From Gemmatimonas sp. (lineage in GTDB: Bacteria; Gemmatimonadota; Gemmatimonadetes; Gemmatimonadales; Gemmatimonadaceae), in assembly GCA_046590495.1 (NCBI GenBank), contig JBKJTE010000029.1, positions 329-64,328 on the forward strand: 64,000 nucleotides of DNA, in the 5' to 3' direction. This document shows positions 31,196-41,039 of the stretch, one piece after another (the first letter of the stretch is position 1; each line of letters opens with the position of its first letter). A program made the position numbers and the translations under genes. The notes under the pieces were generated by a model. It was not told the origin of the DNA. It was given only the letters and a program-made list of their open reading frames with translations, and ran no database searches.

Positions 31196-32209
31196 TCAAA
31201 CGGTGTCGTACACGACTTCGAGCGACGGCTTGGTCACGTCTTCACGTCCAACGAGATCGAACATCGTTGCTGGCTCAAGCACCACATTGCCGCCAACCTG
31301 ACTCGCCGCGAAAAGGCCGAGCAACTGATCCTGCGTGAGCGGCTTTGGCCGTACGGGCGGTGCATCGGCCACGGCTTGCGCGAGTTCGGCGAACAACGGT
31401 CCCCACTGCCCGCCGGGATAGCCGATGATCTCGTAATTCGCGCTCTTCTTGCGGATGTCGTCGTGCGCGGGGACTTTCGCCAGAATCGGGATGCCGGCGG
31501 CGTTCGCAAATGCTTCCGCTTCGCCCGTGCCGTCGTCCTTGTTGATCAGAATGCCGGCGACGCCAACGTTTCCGCCCAGCTTCCGGAAGTATTCCACGGC
31601 GGAGCAGACGTTGTTTGCCACGTACAGTGATTGCAAATCGTTCGAACCAACGACGATGACCTTCTGGCACATGTCGCGCGCGATAGGCAGTCCGAATCCA
31701 CCGCACACCACATCGCCCAGGAAGTCGAGCAACACGAAGTCAAAGCCCCATTCGTGGAAGCCCAACTTTTCGAGAATCTCGAAGCCGTGGATGATGCCGC
31801 GTCCGCCGCACCCGCGTCCGACTTCAGGTCCGCCAAGCTCCATCGCGAACACACCATCGCGCTTGAAACAGACATCACTGATCGAAACCTGTTGTCCGGC
31901 CAGTTTGAGACGCGACGAGACTTCGATGATCGTTGGGCAGGCGCGTCCACCAAAGAGGAGTGAGGTCGTGTCGCTCTTGGGATCGCAGCCGATCAACAGC
32001 ACCTTTTTCCCCTGCTGCGCCATCATGTACGAAAGGTTTGCAAGCGAAAAGCTCTTGCCGATTCCGCCCTTGCCGTAGATCGCGATGATCTGCGTTTCCT
32101 TCGTCACCGGTCCAGTGTGAACGGTCTCTGGTGCGACGGCAGCTTCGTCGCGCACGCGCGCGTGCAATTGGTGCAGCGCACCGTTGGTGCTTGAACCGTT
32201 GTCGCTCAT
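31196..32209 (-). CDS. bchX: Chlorophyllide a reductase iron protein subunit X
   Basis: NifH-like [24 protein letters not shown] and LIGCDPKSDTT. The ATG at 32209 forms an ATGA overlap with the bchC stop. The upstream part of track ORF 31196..32626 is an artefact. Confidence 0.93.
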   Translation of the reverse strand: MSDNGSSTNGALHQLHARVRDEAAVAPETVHTGPVTKETQIIAIYGKGGIGKSFSLANLSYMMAQQGKKVLLIGCDPKSDTTSLLFGGRACPTIIEVSSRLKLAGQQVSISDVCFKRDGVFAMELGGPEVGRGCGGRGIIHGFEILEKLGFHEWGFDFVLLDFLGDVVCGGFGLPIARDMCQKVIVVGSNDLQSLYVANNVCSAVEYFRKLGGNVGVAGILINKDDGTGEAEAFANAAGIPILAKVPAHDDIRKKSANYEIIGYPGGQWGPLFAELAQAVADAPPVRPKPLTQDQLLGLFAASQVGGNVVLEPATMFDLVGREDVTKPSLEVVYDTV

Positions 32210-33183
32210 GCAGCCGTTCTCCAGTCGAGGATCATCTTGACGCAATGGGGATCGCCAAACGCGGTGGTGTACGCGTTGGCAGCACGTTGTACGGGTTCGC
32301 GGTGGGTGATGAGGCCATCGAGTGCGAGCGCACCCGTGTTGGCCAACTCCGCGATAGTGCGCAGATCGGATTCCTTCCACTGCGCTGCGATGCGAAAGCG
32401 CGCTTGTCGCATGAACGCCGCGGGGAAGGTGAATGACACCGGCTCGCTGTAGAAACCGCCCAGACAGATTTCGCCGCTTGGCGCGAGTCGCGAAACGAGC
32501 GAATCGAAAATGTGGTTCGCGCCGCTGACTTCGCAGATCGTGCGATAGTCGCGACGCGGGTCGTTGTCGGGGTGCACCACTTCGTAACCGCGCGCGCCAT
32601 CCATGCGTATGGGGTTTGTCTCCCACACGGTTGGTGTCTTTCCGCCGTACAACACGACGAGTCGCGCGATCAAGCGACCGAGCGCTCCGTGACCAACGAT
32701 CAGCTCCGGCAACTGTTCCGGTACCGCGCGCGGCGAGACACCGGGCGATGAGAGGCAGAGCGCGTTGTGGGCAGTGGCGGCAAGGGCGAAGAGCGCACCG
32801 CGTTCGCCGAGTGTTGGGTCGAGTACGGTGGTTTTGGCGCCCGGCACGACGACCAGCGACGCCTGTCCGCCAAAGAGTCCGCGCGCATCGGTGAAGCCGC
32901 GCGATCCAGCGATGTAAACCATTTCGCCCGCGCAGCGCCCCGAGTCCGGCCCGGCTTCCACGATTTCGCCGACACCTTCGTAGCCTGGTACAAGCGGGTA
33001 ACCGAGGCCGGGGAAGGGTGGCATCGTGCCGGTCCAGAGCATCCGCTCAGTTCCGGTGCTGATTCCAGACCAGCGCATCGCGACCAGAACGTCCGCGTCG
33101 GTTTGCGGCACGAGGGTCAGCGTCCTGACGGATAGTTGCTGGGGCTGTTCAAAGACGACTGCGAGCGTTTCCACAGACTCCAC
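32206..33183 (-). CDS. bchC: 3-hydroxyethyl bacteriochlorophyllide a dehydrogenase
   Basis: Zn-ADH/MDR family with BchC-like PFPGLGYPLVPGYEGVGEIVEAG. It is the first gene of bchCXYZ. GTG start. Confidence 0.9.
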   Translation of the reverse strand: MESVETLAVVFEQPQQLSVRTLTLVPQTDADVLVAMRWSGISTGTERMLWTGTMPPFPGLGYPLVPGYEGVGEIVEAGPDSGRCAGEMVYIAGSRGFTDARGLFGGQASLVVVPGAKTTVLDPTLGERGALFALAATAHNALCLSSPGVSPRAVPEQLPELIVGHGALGRLIARLVVLYGGKTPTVWETNPIRMDGARGYEVVHPDNDPRRDYRTICEVSGANHIFDSLVSRLAPSGEICLGGFYSEPVSFTFPAAFMRQARFRIAAQWKESDLRTIAELANTGALALDGLITHREPVQRAANAYTTAFGDPHCVKMILDWRTAA

Positions 33184-33242
33184 GAAATTCCTCGCGAACC
33201 GACAAGCTGCAGCGCTCAGCTGGGAGCCGAGCGGCGATCAAG

Positions 33243-33286
33243 TGTAAGGTTATGTTGACACCACCGACTGTCAAGAATCCCGAACG
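33243..33286. promoter_or_regulatory. PpsR-type sites upstream of bchC
   Basis: TGTAAGGTTATGTTGACA (33243-33260) is an exact TGT-N12-ACA. TGTCAAGAATCCCGAACG (33269-33286) has one mismatch. They lie in the 145-nt gap between the crtF stop and the bchC start. Confidence 0.55.
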
Positions 33287-33328
33287 TGTGGATCGGGATC
33301 GAAAATGGCGCACTGATGACCCTCGTGG

Positions 33329-34576
33329 TCAAACGTGCGCGACGATGAGGCCCGTGTGGATCGGGAAGCGAGTGGAGTACTCGACGCTTTTCCGGAAACC
33401 AGCGGTGCGGAGCATGGCGTGCAGCTCGTGGGGACGCCGCGCGCGACCTTTCCCCATCGCCATAAGGTAGAACGAGAAGTAGGCATCGCCGACCGTTTCG
33501 GCACCGCGGGCGCCAGCGAGCGCTTCGGCGATCAGCAGCACCCCGCCAGCAGGAAGCGCTTCCCGGGCGCGGATAAGCAGGCGCTGCACCGACTCATCGT
33601 CGTGATCGAGGAGGACACGCACCAGCGAGATGACGTCTGCGCCGATGGGAAGCGGATCGGCGTGGAAGTTACCGCCATCGCAGCGGGCGCGGTCGCCCAT
33701 CCCCGCATGCTCGAGCCGCGACCGCGCGCGCCCGGCAACGGCGGGGAGGTCGAAGAGCCGGAGTTCGAGGTGGTGGTGACGCTTGCCGACAATGGACAGG
33801 AAGGCGCCTTCGCCACCGCCTACGTCGAGCAAACACTTGTGCTTGGAAAGGTCGTAGGCGTCCAGCACATCATCGGCGACCGGCGGGAGCGTGGCGGCCA
33901 TGATCTCGGAGTAGGCGGCAACGCGGGTCTCATCTATTGACTGCGGACGCGGCGCGTCGGCATAGGACCAGTAGCGCGACAACTCGGTGCGGAAGTCGGC
34001 ACCCTGCCGCAGCAGCGCGACCGGATCACTCAGGTCCTGGTACGCGATCTGGTGGTGACGGATCAGGGCCACGACGCCGGTGTTCCCAACAAGGGGAGCC
34101 CCGAGGGTGCCAAGCGCGACCCGACCGTGTCGCCGTTTGGACAGCAGTTTGAGCGACACGGCCGCGTTCAGCAGCCGTTCAGTACTCGAGCGGGAGAGGC
34201 GCGTGTGCGCCGTGATCTCGTCGATCGTCCGGGCACCTGCAGCGAGGTACTCGAAGAGGTCGAACTCGACGCAAGCCAGCAGCGTTTGTGTGTACACGAA
34301 GCCCGACACGACATCGAACAGCGCCTTGGAGCGGCGCATGGTGATGGGGCGTGTGAGCGGAAAGCGAGCGCTCCACTTCTGAAACCCTTCGGTGGCGACG
34401 AGCGCGTTCCAGCGGTCGTGCCATCGTTCCAAGAAGGTGGGCGGTGGAACGGCGCCAGCGGCGACTGGCCTCACAGGAGACGCGACTGTCGCAGCCGTGG
34501 CCGGTGCGGCGGCTCGACCGCGCTCAGGCGCAGCCGTCGCTTGAGAAGCCAAGAGGATGTGCTCGGGAGGGTTCAC
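33329..34576 (-). CDS. crtF: Hydroxyneurosporene / demethylspheroidene O-methyltransferase
   Basis: Class I SAM O-methyltransferase (LLDVGGGEGAFLS) with a dimerisation-domain N-terminus, in the usual crtF-bchC position. I trimmed the 542-aa ORF to GTG 34576 (VNPPEHILLAS...) because its upstream part crosses the bchI start. The start is uncertain. Confidence 0.8.
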   Translation of the reverse strand: MNPPEHILLASQATAAPERGRAAAPATAATVASPVRPVAAGAVPPPTFLERWHDRWNALVATEGFQKWSARFPLTRPITMRRSKALFDVVSGFVYTQTLLACVEFDLFEYLAAGARTIDEITAHTRLSRSSTERLLNAAVSLKLLSKRRHGRVALGTLGAPLVGNTGVVALIRHHQIAYQDLSDPVALLRQGADFRTELSRYWSYADAPRPQSIDETRVAAYSEIMAATLPPVADDVLDAYDLSKHKCLLDVGGGEGAFLSIVGKRHHHLELRLFDLPAVAGRARSRLEHAGMGDRARCDGGNFHADPLPIGADVISLVRVLLDHDDESVQRLLIRAREALPAGGVLLIAEALAGARGAETVGDAYFSFYLMAMGKGRARRPHELHAMLRTAGFRKSVEYSTRFPIHTGLIVAHV

Positions 34577-34605
34577 GGGCCGAGGATACCTTGCGCGCTT
34601 TCGAG

Positions 34606-34623
34606 TGTCAAGAAATGTGTACA
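34606..34623. promoter_or_regulatory. PpsR-type palindrome in the divergent crtF/bchI promoter
   Basis: TGTCAAGAAATGTGTACA is an exact TGT-N12-ACA. It lies 30 nt upstream of the proposed crtF start and ~100 nt upstream of the bchI ATG. Confidence 0.55.
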
Positions 34624-34720
34624 CCTTTGAGTGTCCGCTCTTGCTCACACCGGAGCGGACTCCTAACGTGCCCTCGGCCGCGGGTCGCTGCTCCGCGCCG
34701 ATCAACCCAAGTGGACTTGC

Positions 34721-35764
34721 ATGAGACCGGTCTTTCCGTTCAGCGCGATCGTTGGTCAGGACGAGATGAAGCTGGCGTTGCTGTTGGTGGCGATCGATCC
34801 CACCATCGGTGGCGTCATGGTGTTTGGCGACCGGGGAACAGGTAAGTCGACCGCCGTCCGTGCGCTCGCTGGGCTGCTGCCGAGTATGAAGGTGGTGGCC
34901 GGGTGCCGTTACGGGTGTGCGCCAAATGCAAACGGCGCGCGCTGCGACGAGTGTCAAGCGCGAGCGTTGCGTGGTGATTCAATGCGCTCGATCAGTGCGC
35001 CGGTTCCTGTGGTCGATCTGCCGCTGGGCGCAACTGAGGACCGGCTGGTGGGCGCACTCGATCTCGAAAAGGCGCTCACGAGCGGCGAGAAGGCGTTTGA
35101 GCCGGGGCTCCTTGCACGCGCACACCGCGGCTTTCTATACGTCGACGAGGTCAACCTGCTTGAAGATCATCTCGTCGACCTGCTGCTCGATGCGGCGGCG
35201 ACCGGCGAGAACGTCGTTGAGCGGGAAGGTGTGAGCGTGCGCCATCCTGCGCGATTCGTGCTTGTTGGCAGCGGAAATCCGGAAGAAGGCGAATTGCGTC
35301 CGCAGCTGCTCGATCGATTCGGACTCGCGGTGGATGTTCGCACACCACAGCAGATCGCGACGCGCATCGATGTCATCAAGCGACGCGATGCATTCGATCG
35401 CGACCCGGTCACCTTTCTTGCGCACTGGACCAAGGCCGACGCGAAAGTGCGGCGTTCTCTCGAAAAGGCACACTCACACCTCGACGTGCTCGAGGTCTCC
35501 GACGAAGTGCTCACCCGCGCCGCTGCACTCTGCACGATGCTCGGTACTGACGGTCTGCGCGGTGAACTGACGTTGCTGCGAACATCCCGCGCGCTCGCTG
35601 CATACGAGCACGCGACCAGTGTGACGTTGACGCATCTCCGTCGCATCGCACCGATGTCGCTACGGCATCGTCTGCGCCGCAATGTGCTCGACGATGCCGG
35701 CTCCACCACGCGTGTCGAACGTGCGATCGCCGAACTATGGGGCGACGCTCCCGTTACGGCGTGA
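34721..35764 (+). CDS. bchI: Magnesium chelatase ATPase subunit I
   Basis: AAA+ protein: [40 protein letters not shown]. Confidence 0.95.
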   Translation: MRPVFPFSAIVGQDEMKLALLLVAIDPTIGGVMVFGDRGTGKSTAVRALAGLLPSMKVVAGCRYGCAPNANGARCDECQARALRGDSMRSISAPVPVVDLPLGATEDRLVGALDLEKALTSGEKAFEPGLLARAHRGFLYVDEVNLLEDHLVDLLLDAAATGENVVEREGVSVRHPARFVLVGSGNPEEGELRPQLLDRFGLAVDVRTPQQIATRIDVIKRRDAFDRDPVTFLAHWTKADAKVRRSLEKAHSHLDVLEVSDEVLTRAAALCTMLGTDGLRGELTLLRTSRALAAYEHATSVTLTHLRRIAPMSLRHRLRRNVLDDAGSTTRVERAIAELWGDAPVTA

Positions 35765-35770
35765 TGTACG

Positions 35771-37597
35771 ATGCAGTCGTTGACGCTGCCGCATGAACAA
35801 CACGTGACCGACTCATCCCACGAATCACTTCGTTCGCTTGACGACGCAACGCTCATTGCAGCGATGCTCGCCATCGATCCGCGTGGCCTCGGCGGGATTG
35901 TGCTAGACCACCCGATGCATGAACAGGCGCACGCATTCTGCGAAGCGGTGCGGCGACTGTTGCCGGCGGGCGCACCGGTGCGTCGCGTGCCGATCGGTGT
36001 GAGCGCAGACCGTTTGATCGGCGGCGTGGATCTGGCGGCAACGTTGAACAGCGGGCGCCTTGTCGCCGAGCGAGGTGTCTTGGCTGCCGCAGATGGCGGT
36101 GTCGTTGTGCTGCCGATGTGTGAACGCGCGACTGTCTCGGTGCGCACAACGCTCTGCGAAGTACTCGACAGCGGCGCACTGCGCGTTGCGCGTGATGGCA
36201 TCGGTGCGCATCACGATGTGCGAGTCGTTGCGGTGCTGCTCGACGAGTCGGTTGACGACGAGGCGATCCATCCCGCACTCATCGACCGCGTCGCGTTTCG
36301 CATTCCGTTGATCGATACGATTGATGCCGATCAAGTAGCGGCGCTACGTGACGCCGTGACGACGGCTCGCGAACGTGTGGTCGACGTGGCGGTCGATGAC
36401 GTATGGTTGTCTGCGTTCTGCCAAACAGCGGACGCATTCGGTGTGGACTCGATGCGGGCGCCGCTGTTTGCATTGCGATGCGCGCGCGCACACGCCGCAC
36501 TCGACGGGCGCGATAGCGTATCGCATGTGGATGCCGAAGTTGCGGCGAGGCTCGTGCTGACACCACGCGCCACTCGACTTCCCGTCGAACCGCCGCCGCC
36601 AGAATCAGCCAACGATGAGCCGCCACCGCCTCCGCCGGAATCTTCCGACTCGATCGATGCGCCACCACCTCCGCCCGAGTCCGACGAAGACGAACAGCAC
36701 GCGGAACCGCCGCCGCCGAGCGAAATCGAGCTGTTGCGTGAGGCGGTGGCTGCGGCGCTGCCTCCGGGGATGCTCGAAGCGTTGATGGCGCGCGCCAACT
36801 CCGGCTCCGTGCAGGGGCGTGTCGGGGCGGAGGAGCAGAGCGTGCTTCGTGGACGGCCGCGTGGTGCGCGGAGCGGATTGCCGCGTGGCGGCGCGCGTCT
36901 ACATCTCCTCGAAACGTTGCGCACCGCTGCGCCTTGGCAGCGCGTACGGGGGCGCCCGCTGGGCGAGAGGACGCGCATCGCGATCCGCCGTGAGGATTTT
37001 CGCATTCGCCGTTTTGTCGAGAAGACTGGCACGACCGTGATCTTTCTTGTCGATGCGTCGGGATCGTCTGCGATGCAGCGACTGTCTGAAGCCAAGGGGG
37101 CGATTGAACTGCTGCTGGCCGAGAGCTATGCGCGGCGTGATCGTGTCTGTCTCGTCGCATTCCGCGGCACTGGCACTGAAGTTCTCTTGCCGCCGACGCG
37201 CGCACTCGCGCGTGCGAAGAAGGTGCTGGCGGCGTTGCCTGGTGGTGGTGGCACGCCAATCGCCGCCGCAATCGATAGCGCAACGCAGCAGGCGCTCGCG
37301 ACGCGACGCGACGGCAGCGTCCCGCTTGTGGTGGTGCTCAGTGATGGGCGCGCAAACATTGCGCGCGACGGCACACCGGGACGCCCCGGCGCAGAACGCG
37401 ATGCACTCGCCGCCGCATCGGCCTTCGCGCAGTTCGGATTCTCGTCACTGTTTGTCGACACATCCCCACGCGGTGAAGCGGTCGCACGCAGAATCGCCGA
37501 CGCAATGCGGGCGCGATACGTGCTGCTTCCGTATGCTGACGCGAAGGCACTCGGTGGACTTGTGCGCACGGCCAAACAACTGGCGGAGGCACCGTGA
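35771..37597 (+). CDS. bchD: Magnesium chelatase subunit D
   Basis: AAA-like N-terminus, a Pro/acidic linker (PPPPESANDEPPPPPPESSDS...), and a C-terminal vWA domain with MIDAS (FLVDASGSSAM). Confidence 0.93.
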   Translation: MQSLTLPHEQHVTDSSHESLRSLDDATLIAAMLAIDPRGLGGIVLDHPMHEQAHAFCEAVRRLLPAGAPVRRVPIGVSADRLIGGVDLAATLNSGRLVAERGVLAAADGGVVVLPMCERATVSVRTTLCEVLDSGALRVARDGIGAHHDVRVVAVLLDESVDDEAIHPALIDRVAFRIPLIDTIDADQVAALRDAVTTARERVVDVAVDDVWLSAFCQTADAFGVDSMRAPLFALRCARAHAALDGRDSVSHVDAEVAARLVLTPRATRLPVEPPPPESANDEPPPPPPESSDSIDAPPPPPESDEDEQHAEPPPPSEIELLREAVAAALPPGMLEALMARANSGSVQGRVGAEEQSVLRGRPRGARSGLPRGGARLHLLETLRTAAPWQRVRGRPLGERTRIAIRREDFRIRRFVEKTGTTVIFLVDASGSSAMQRLSEAKGAIELLLAESYARRDRVCLVAFRGTGTEVLLPPTRALARAKKVLAALPGGGGTPIAAAIDSATQQALATRRDGSVPLVVVLSDGRANIARDGTPGRPGAERDALAAASAFAQFGFSSLFVDTSPRGEAVARRIADAMRARYVLLPYADAKALGGLVRTAKQLAEAP

Positions 37598-38481
37598 GCA
37601 CCGTCGCGGGCGATGTCGCGCCGACGGTGCGCATGCGTCGTCGGCTGTTGCCTGCCTTATTGCGGGCGCGACACCCGGACACGCTCGAAGGCACCGATAT
37701 CGCCACGCGCGAAACGGCCCTCCGTGTGGCGATGCGCTCGTTCTTTGTGGTGGTGCTTTTCTGGTGGAGCGCGACCGGCGCGATTTTCGCGCTCGAGCGC
37801 ACACCGGCGACACGCGCACTCGGCTTGGTGGTCGCGAGTGCATTTGCCGTGTGGGGCGCATGGTTGCTCTGGGTGGAACGCGATCGGGAATCTGCGAGCG
37901 CGGCGCGTCGCAGCTTTCTGGGTGCGGCGTTCCTTTGGACGTGGGTGCAGGTCTCGTTCTACGGCGGATGGATTATCGGACCGTCGTGGCTCTCGATATC
38001 GGTACGCTCGGAAGCACCGTCACTGCGGCATGCGCTTGATGCCGTCACGTCGATGCTCTGGTACCAGCTGGCGATGCTGCTGGTGCTGTGGGTTGCCGGG
38101 GTGCTCGTTGCCCGTCGGGCCAATCGCGTTGGTTGGTGGGCGCTGCTCCTTTTTTGGAGTACCCATCAACTCGCGTGCATCAACATCTTTGTCGGCGTGG
38201 AGAATCCGGGGCGCGGATTCTTTCCGGAACCGCTCGTGTTTCTCGAGTCGTACTTTGGTCCGCAGCGAAATTCGTGGCTGATGCCACTGTCGATTGCGCT
38301 GCTGCTCGCCGTCACACTTCGCATGATCGTGCACGCGCTGCGCGACGCAACGCCGATGCGACGTCAGTCGATGATGCTGCTTGCCGTACTGGGATCACTC
38401 GGCGTTCTCGAACTGGGCGTGCTCGCCACGCCGATCAATCTGCAGCTGTGGGAATGGTTTCTGGCGGTGCGAGGCTACTGA
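37594..38481 (+). CDS. puhE: PuhE-like polytopic membrane protein (putative photosynthetic complex assembly protein 2)
   Basis: The GTG start overlaps the bchD stop (GTGA). It is a ~7-TM protein that I recognise as DUF3623/PuhE-like (FWWSATGAIFALE..., LLFWSTHQLA...). The family call is from memory only. Confidence 0.55.
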   Translation: MSTVAGDVAPTVRMRRRLLPALLRARHPDTLEGTDIATRETALRVAMRSFFVVVLFWWSATGAIFALERTPATRALGLVVASAFAVWGAWLLWVERDRESASAARRSFLGAAFLWTWVQVSFYGGWIIGPSWLSISVRSEAPSLRHALDAVTSMLWYQLAMLLVLWVAGVLVARRANRVGWWALLLFWSTHQLACINIFVGVENPGRGFFPEPLVFLESYFGPQRNSWLMPLSIALLLAVTLRMIVHALRDATPMRRQSMMLLAVLGSLGVLELGVLATPINLQLWEWFLAVRGY

Positions 38482-38523
38482 TTCGGTCCTGCACAAGGCC
38501 TGTGGCGAACTGAGAGCCGCGCC

Positions 38524-39768
38524 CTATTCGTAGCGTAGCGCTTCAATCGGATCGAGTCGTGCCGCACGTCGCGCCGGCAGCATTCCAAACACGATGCCGA
38601 TGCCAACTGAGACTACGACTGCGATCAGCGTGAGTCCGACCGGTACCGGCGCATCCACGGCCATCGCCAGCGATGCGACGCGGCCAAGCGCCAGACCAAA
38701 TACGATCCCGATCACGCCGCCGATGCCGGTGAGCGTTGACGCTTCAATCAGAAATTGCAGCAGGATATCGCGTCGAGTTGCGCCGAGTGCTTTGCGTACG
38801 CCGATCTCGCGGGTACGACTGGTGACGGAGACCGTCATGATGGCCATCACGCCGATTCCGCCGACAAGCAATGCGACGGCCGACAGAATAATCATCACGA
38901 GGAAGAACACGCTCGTCAGATTGTTGAACGTGTCGAGTACCTGGTCCTGCGTGATGATGTCGAACGTGTTTCCATCGCTTGGTCGCAGTCGACGCATTTC
39001 GCGCAGTGCCATGATCGCTGCACCTTGTGCGTCCGAGACGCGATACCCATCGCGTGGTTTGACGGGCATCCAGAGTGCGTTCGTGCGATCGATATCGAAT
39101 TGGTGATCGAGCATTTTGAAGGGGACAACGGCGCCGACGCCGGCTCCTGGCGGCGCGAAGATATTGGCCGGTTCCTGCCAAATACCAATCACCTGCGCGG
39201 GGCGCCCGCCGATGCGCACCCATCGGCCGATGGTCTGCTCCCGACCGAAGAGGCGAATGGCCGTGCGTTCTTCCAGCACAACCACCGACGCGCCTGTGGC
39301 CATCTCACTCTTGGTGAACCAGCGACCGACTGAGAGTTCACCGCCCTGAATTTCTGTGAAGCCATCGTCAGCGCCAAAGACTGCCAATGGTTGTGAACGT
39401 ACGCCATCCGACTCGATGCGTGCCAGCGCCTGCCCCCAGAGCGACGCGTACGAAATTTCCGGGAGACGCCGAATCGTTTCCGCCTCGCGCTCGCGAATGT
39501 CGGGTCTGATGCGCACGTCCTTCGGCAGGTTGTCCGGATTCAATGGAACCTGCGAAAACTTCTTCATCACGTAGAATGTCGTGGGGCCCGCGACTTCAAA
39601 CGTGTGATTGATCTGTGCCTGAATGCCCTGAACGATTGCCGCCATCGCCATCACGGTCGCGACACCAATCACGACACCAAGAATGGTCAGCGATGAACGC
39701 AGTTTGTTGGTGCGCAATGCATCGAGTGCAATGCGTACATTCTCCGACAGCGCGCTGGTCGCGAACAT
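38524..39768 (-). CDS. FtsX/MacB-type ABC permease, B-type copy 4 (most divergent; lacks the periplasmic Cys pair)
   Basis: ATG at 39768 (MFATSALSENVRIALDALRTNKLRSSLTILGVVIGV...). Large periplasmic loop, SRTREIGVRKALGA motif, C-terminal LDPIEALRYE. Confidence 0.85.
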   Translation of the reverse strand: MFATSALSENVRIALDALRTNKLRSSLTILGVVIGVATVMAMAAIVQGIQAQINHTFEVAGPTTFYVMKKFSQVPLNPDNLPKDVRIRPDIREREAETIRRLPEISYASLWGQALARIESDGVRSQPLAVFGADDGFTEIQGGELSVGRWFTKSEMATGASVVVLEERTAIRLFGREQTIGRWVRIGGRPAQVIGIWQEPANIFAPPGAGVGAVVPFKMLDHQFDIDRTNALWMPVKPRDGYRVSDAQGAAIMALREMRRLRPSDGNTFDIITQDQVLDTFNNLTSVFFLVMIILSAVALLVGGIGVMAIMTVSVTSRTREIGVRKALGATRRDILLQFLIEASTLTGIGGVIGIVFGLALGRVASLAMAVDAPVPVGLTLIAVVVSVGIGIVFGMLPARRAARLDPIEALRYE

Positions 39769-39781
39769 GTCGAGTCTCCGC

Positions 39782-41026
39782 TCAGGTTTCGGCGCGCATG
39801 GCTGTGATCGGATCGAGTCGGGCGGCGCGTGAAGCAGGATAGACGCCGAACAACACGCCGATACCGGCACCGAGCGTGAGTGCCAGCGCGACGGACCACC
39901 ACGTCACGCGCGCAGGCAGGGGCGAGACCGCGGCAATCGTTGCAGCCAATGCCCAGCCAGACAGCACGCCAAGAATTCCGCCGAGCATTGCGAGCGCGAT
40001 CGCTTCCGCCAGAAACTGTTTGCGCACATCGGCCGACGTCGCGCCCATCGCTTTGCGCAACCCGATTTCATGCGTACGCTCAGTGACCGCCATGAGCATG
40101 ATGTTCATGATCACGATGCCGCCGACGAGCACGCCGATCGCAACGACCGCTGGCACCACCGCGAACAGCACAGCGGTCAACTGATTCCAGAAGTCGACGA
40201 GTGCGTCGGCGGTGCTGATGGTGAAGTTGTTTGCGTCCGACGGCCGGAGCCCGCGTGCGACCCGCATTGCTTCTTCGGCCCGCGCCATCGCGGGCGCAAC
40301 TTCAGCGGCGGTGTTCACCTTGACCGAAACGGTCGTGGTTTGGCGTCGACCGTAAATACCCTCGAACGCGGTGATCGGCATCAACGCAAACCCGTCGAAC
40401 GACTGACCGAGCACGCGTCCTTTCCGGGCGACCACGCCGATCACGGTGAAACGTTGTCCCATTATGCGAACGTCCTTGTCCATGGCGTTCGCGCCATCAA
40501 ACAACGTCGCAGCGACGTCGGCTCCAATCACGATCACGTTGCGCCGATCGCGCACGTCGATTTCACTGAGCGGACGTCCTGACGTGAACCGATAGTCCTG
40601 CACGACCTGATAGTCGCTGGTCACACCGAAGATCTGTACGCTGCCAAGTGTTCGATCACGCCACACAACATCGGCCTGCGGTGTCGGCCACCCCGATTGC
40701 AGACTGATCGCGACGGCGTCTGGAAGCGCGGCGCGCACGGCGTCGGCATCGGCCTCATCGATCTTCGGTCGACGCTCGAGAACGCGGAACTGATCGTCGT
40801 TGAAGAGACCGATGCTGATCGGCGTGCGGCGCACCTGAAAACTGTTCATGCCGATCATCGCGTCGGCAATGTTCTCCTTTACGTACGCATTCATCCCCTG
40901 GATGATTGCGACGACAGCAACAAGGAAACCGACCGAGACGACGATGCCGAGCAGCGTGAACGCCGTGCGCAACGGGTTCACGCGAAGTTGCCTCAGCGCC
41001 AGTCGCAGCACATCGGAAAAGCGCAC
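39782..41026 (-). CDS. FtsX/MacB-type ABC permease, A-type copy 4
   Basis: GTG at 41026 (VRFSDVLRLALRQLRVNPLRTAFTLLGIVVSV...). ERTHEIGLRKAMGA motif, C-terminal LDPITAMRAET. Confidence 0.82.
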   Translation of the reverse strand: MRFSDVLRLALRQLRVNPLRTAFTLLGIVVSVGFLVAVVAIIQGMNAYVKENIADAMIGMNSFQVRRTPISIGLFNDDQFRVLERRPKIDEADADAVRAALPDAVAISLQSGWPTPQADVVWRDRTLGSVQIFGVTSDYQVVQDYRFTSGRPLSEIDVRDRRNVIVIGADVAATLFDGANAMDKDVRIMGQRFTVIGVVARKGRVLGQSFDGFALMPITAFEGIYGRRQTTTVSVKVNTAAEVAPAMARAEEAMRVARGLRPSDANNFTISTADALVDFWNQLTAVLFAVVPAVVAIGVLVGGIVIMNIMLMAVTERTHEIGLRKAMGATSADVRKQFLAEAIALAMLGGILGVLSGWALAATIAAVSPLPARVTWWSVALALTLGAGIGVLFGVYPASRAARLDPITAMRAET

Positions 41027-41039
41027 GTATGGTCTTTCG

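Noticed and set aside
36590-36730. Pro/Glu/Ser-rich repetitive stretch (PPPPESANDEPPPPPPESSDSIDAPPPPPESDEDEQHAEPPPPSE) as a possible tandem repeat or mobile insertion.
   Set aside because: It is the well-known proline-rich acidic linker between the AAA and vWA domains of the BchD/ChlD Mg-chelatase subunit.
38482-38523. Search for mobility signatures (tRNA, integrase, IS ends, direct repeats) at the right PGC boundary, and for CRISPR repeats anywhere in the window.
   Set aside because: Nothing was found. The 42-nt convergent spacer contains only a weak 4-bp stem, no transposase- or integrase-like ORF appears in the six-frame track, and no regularly spaced short repeats were seen.
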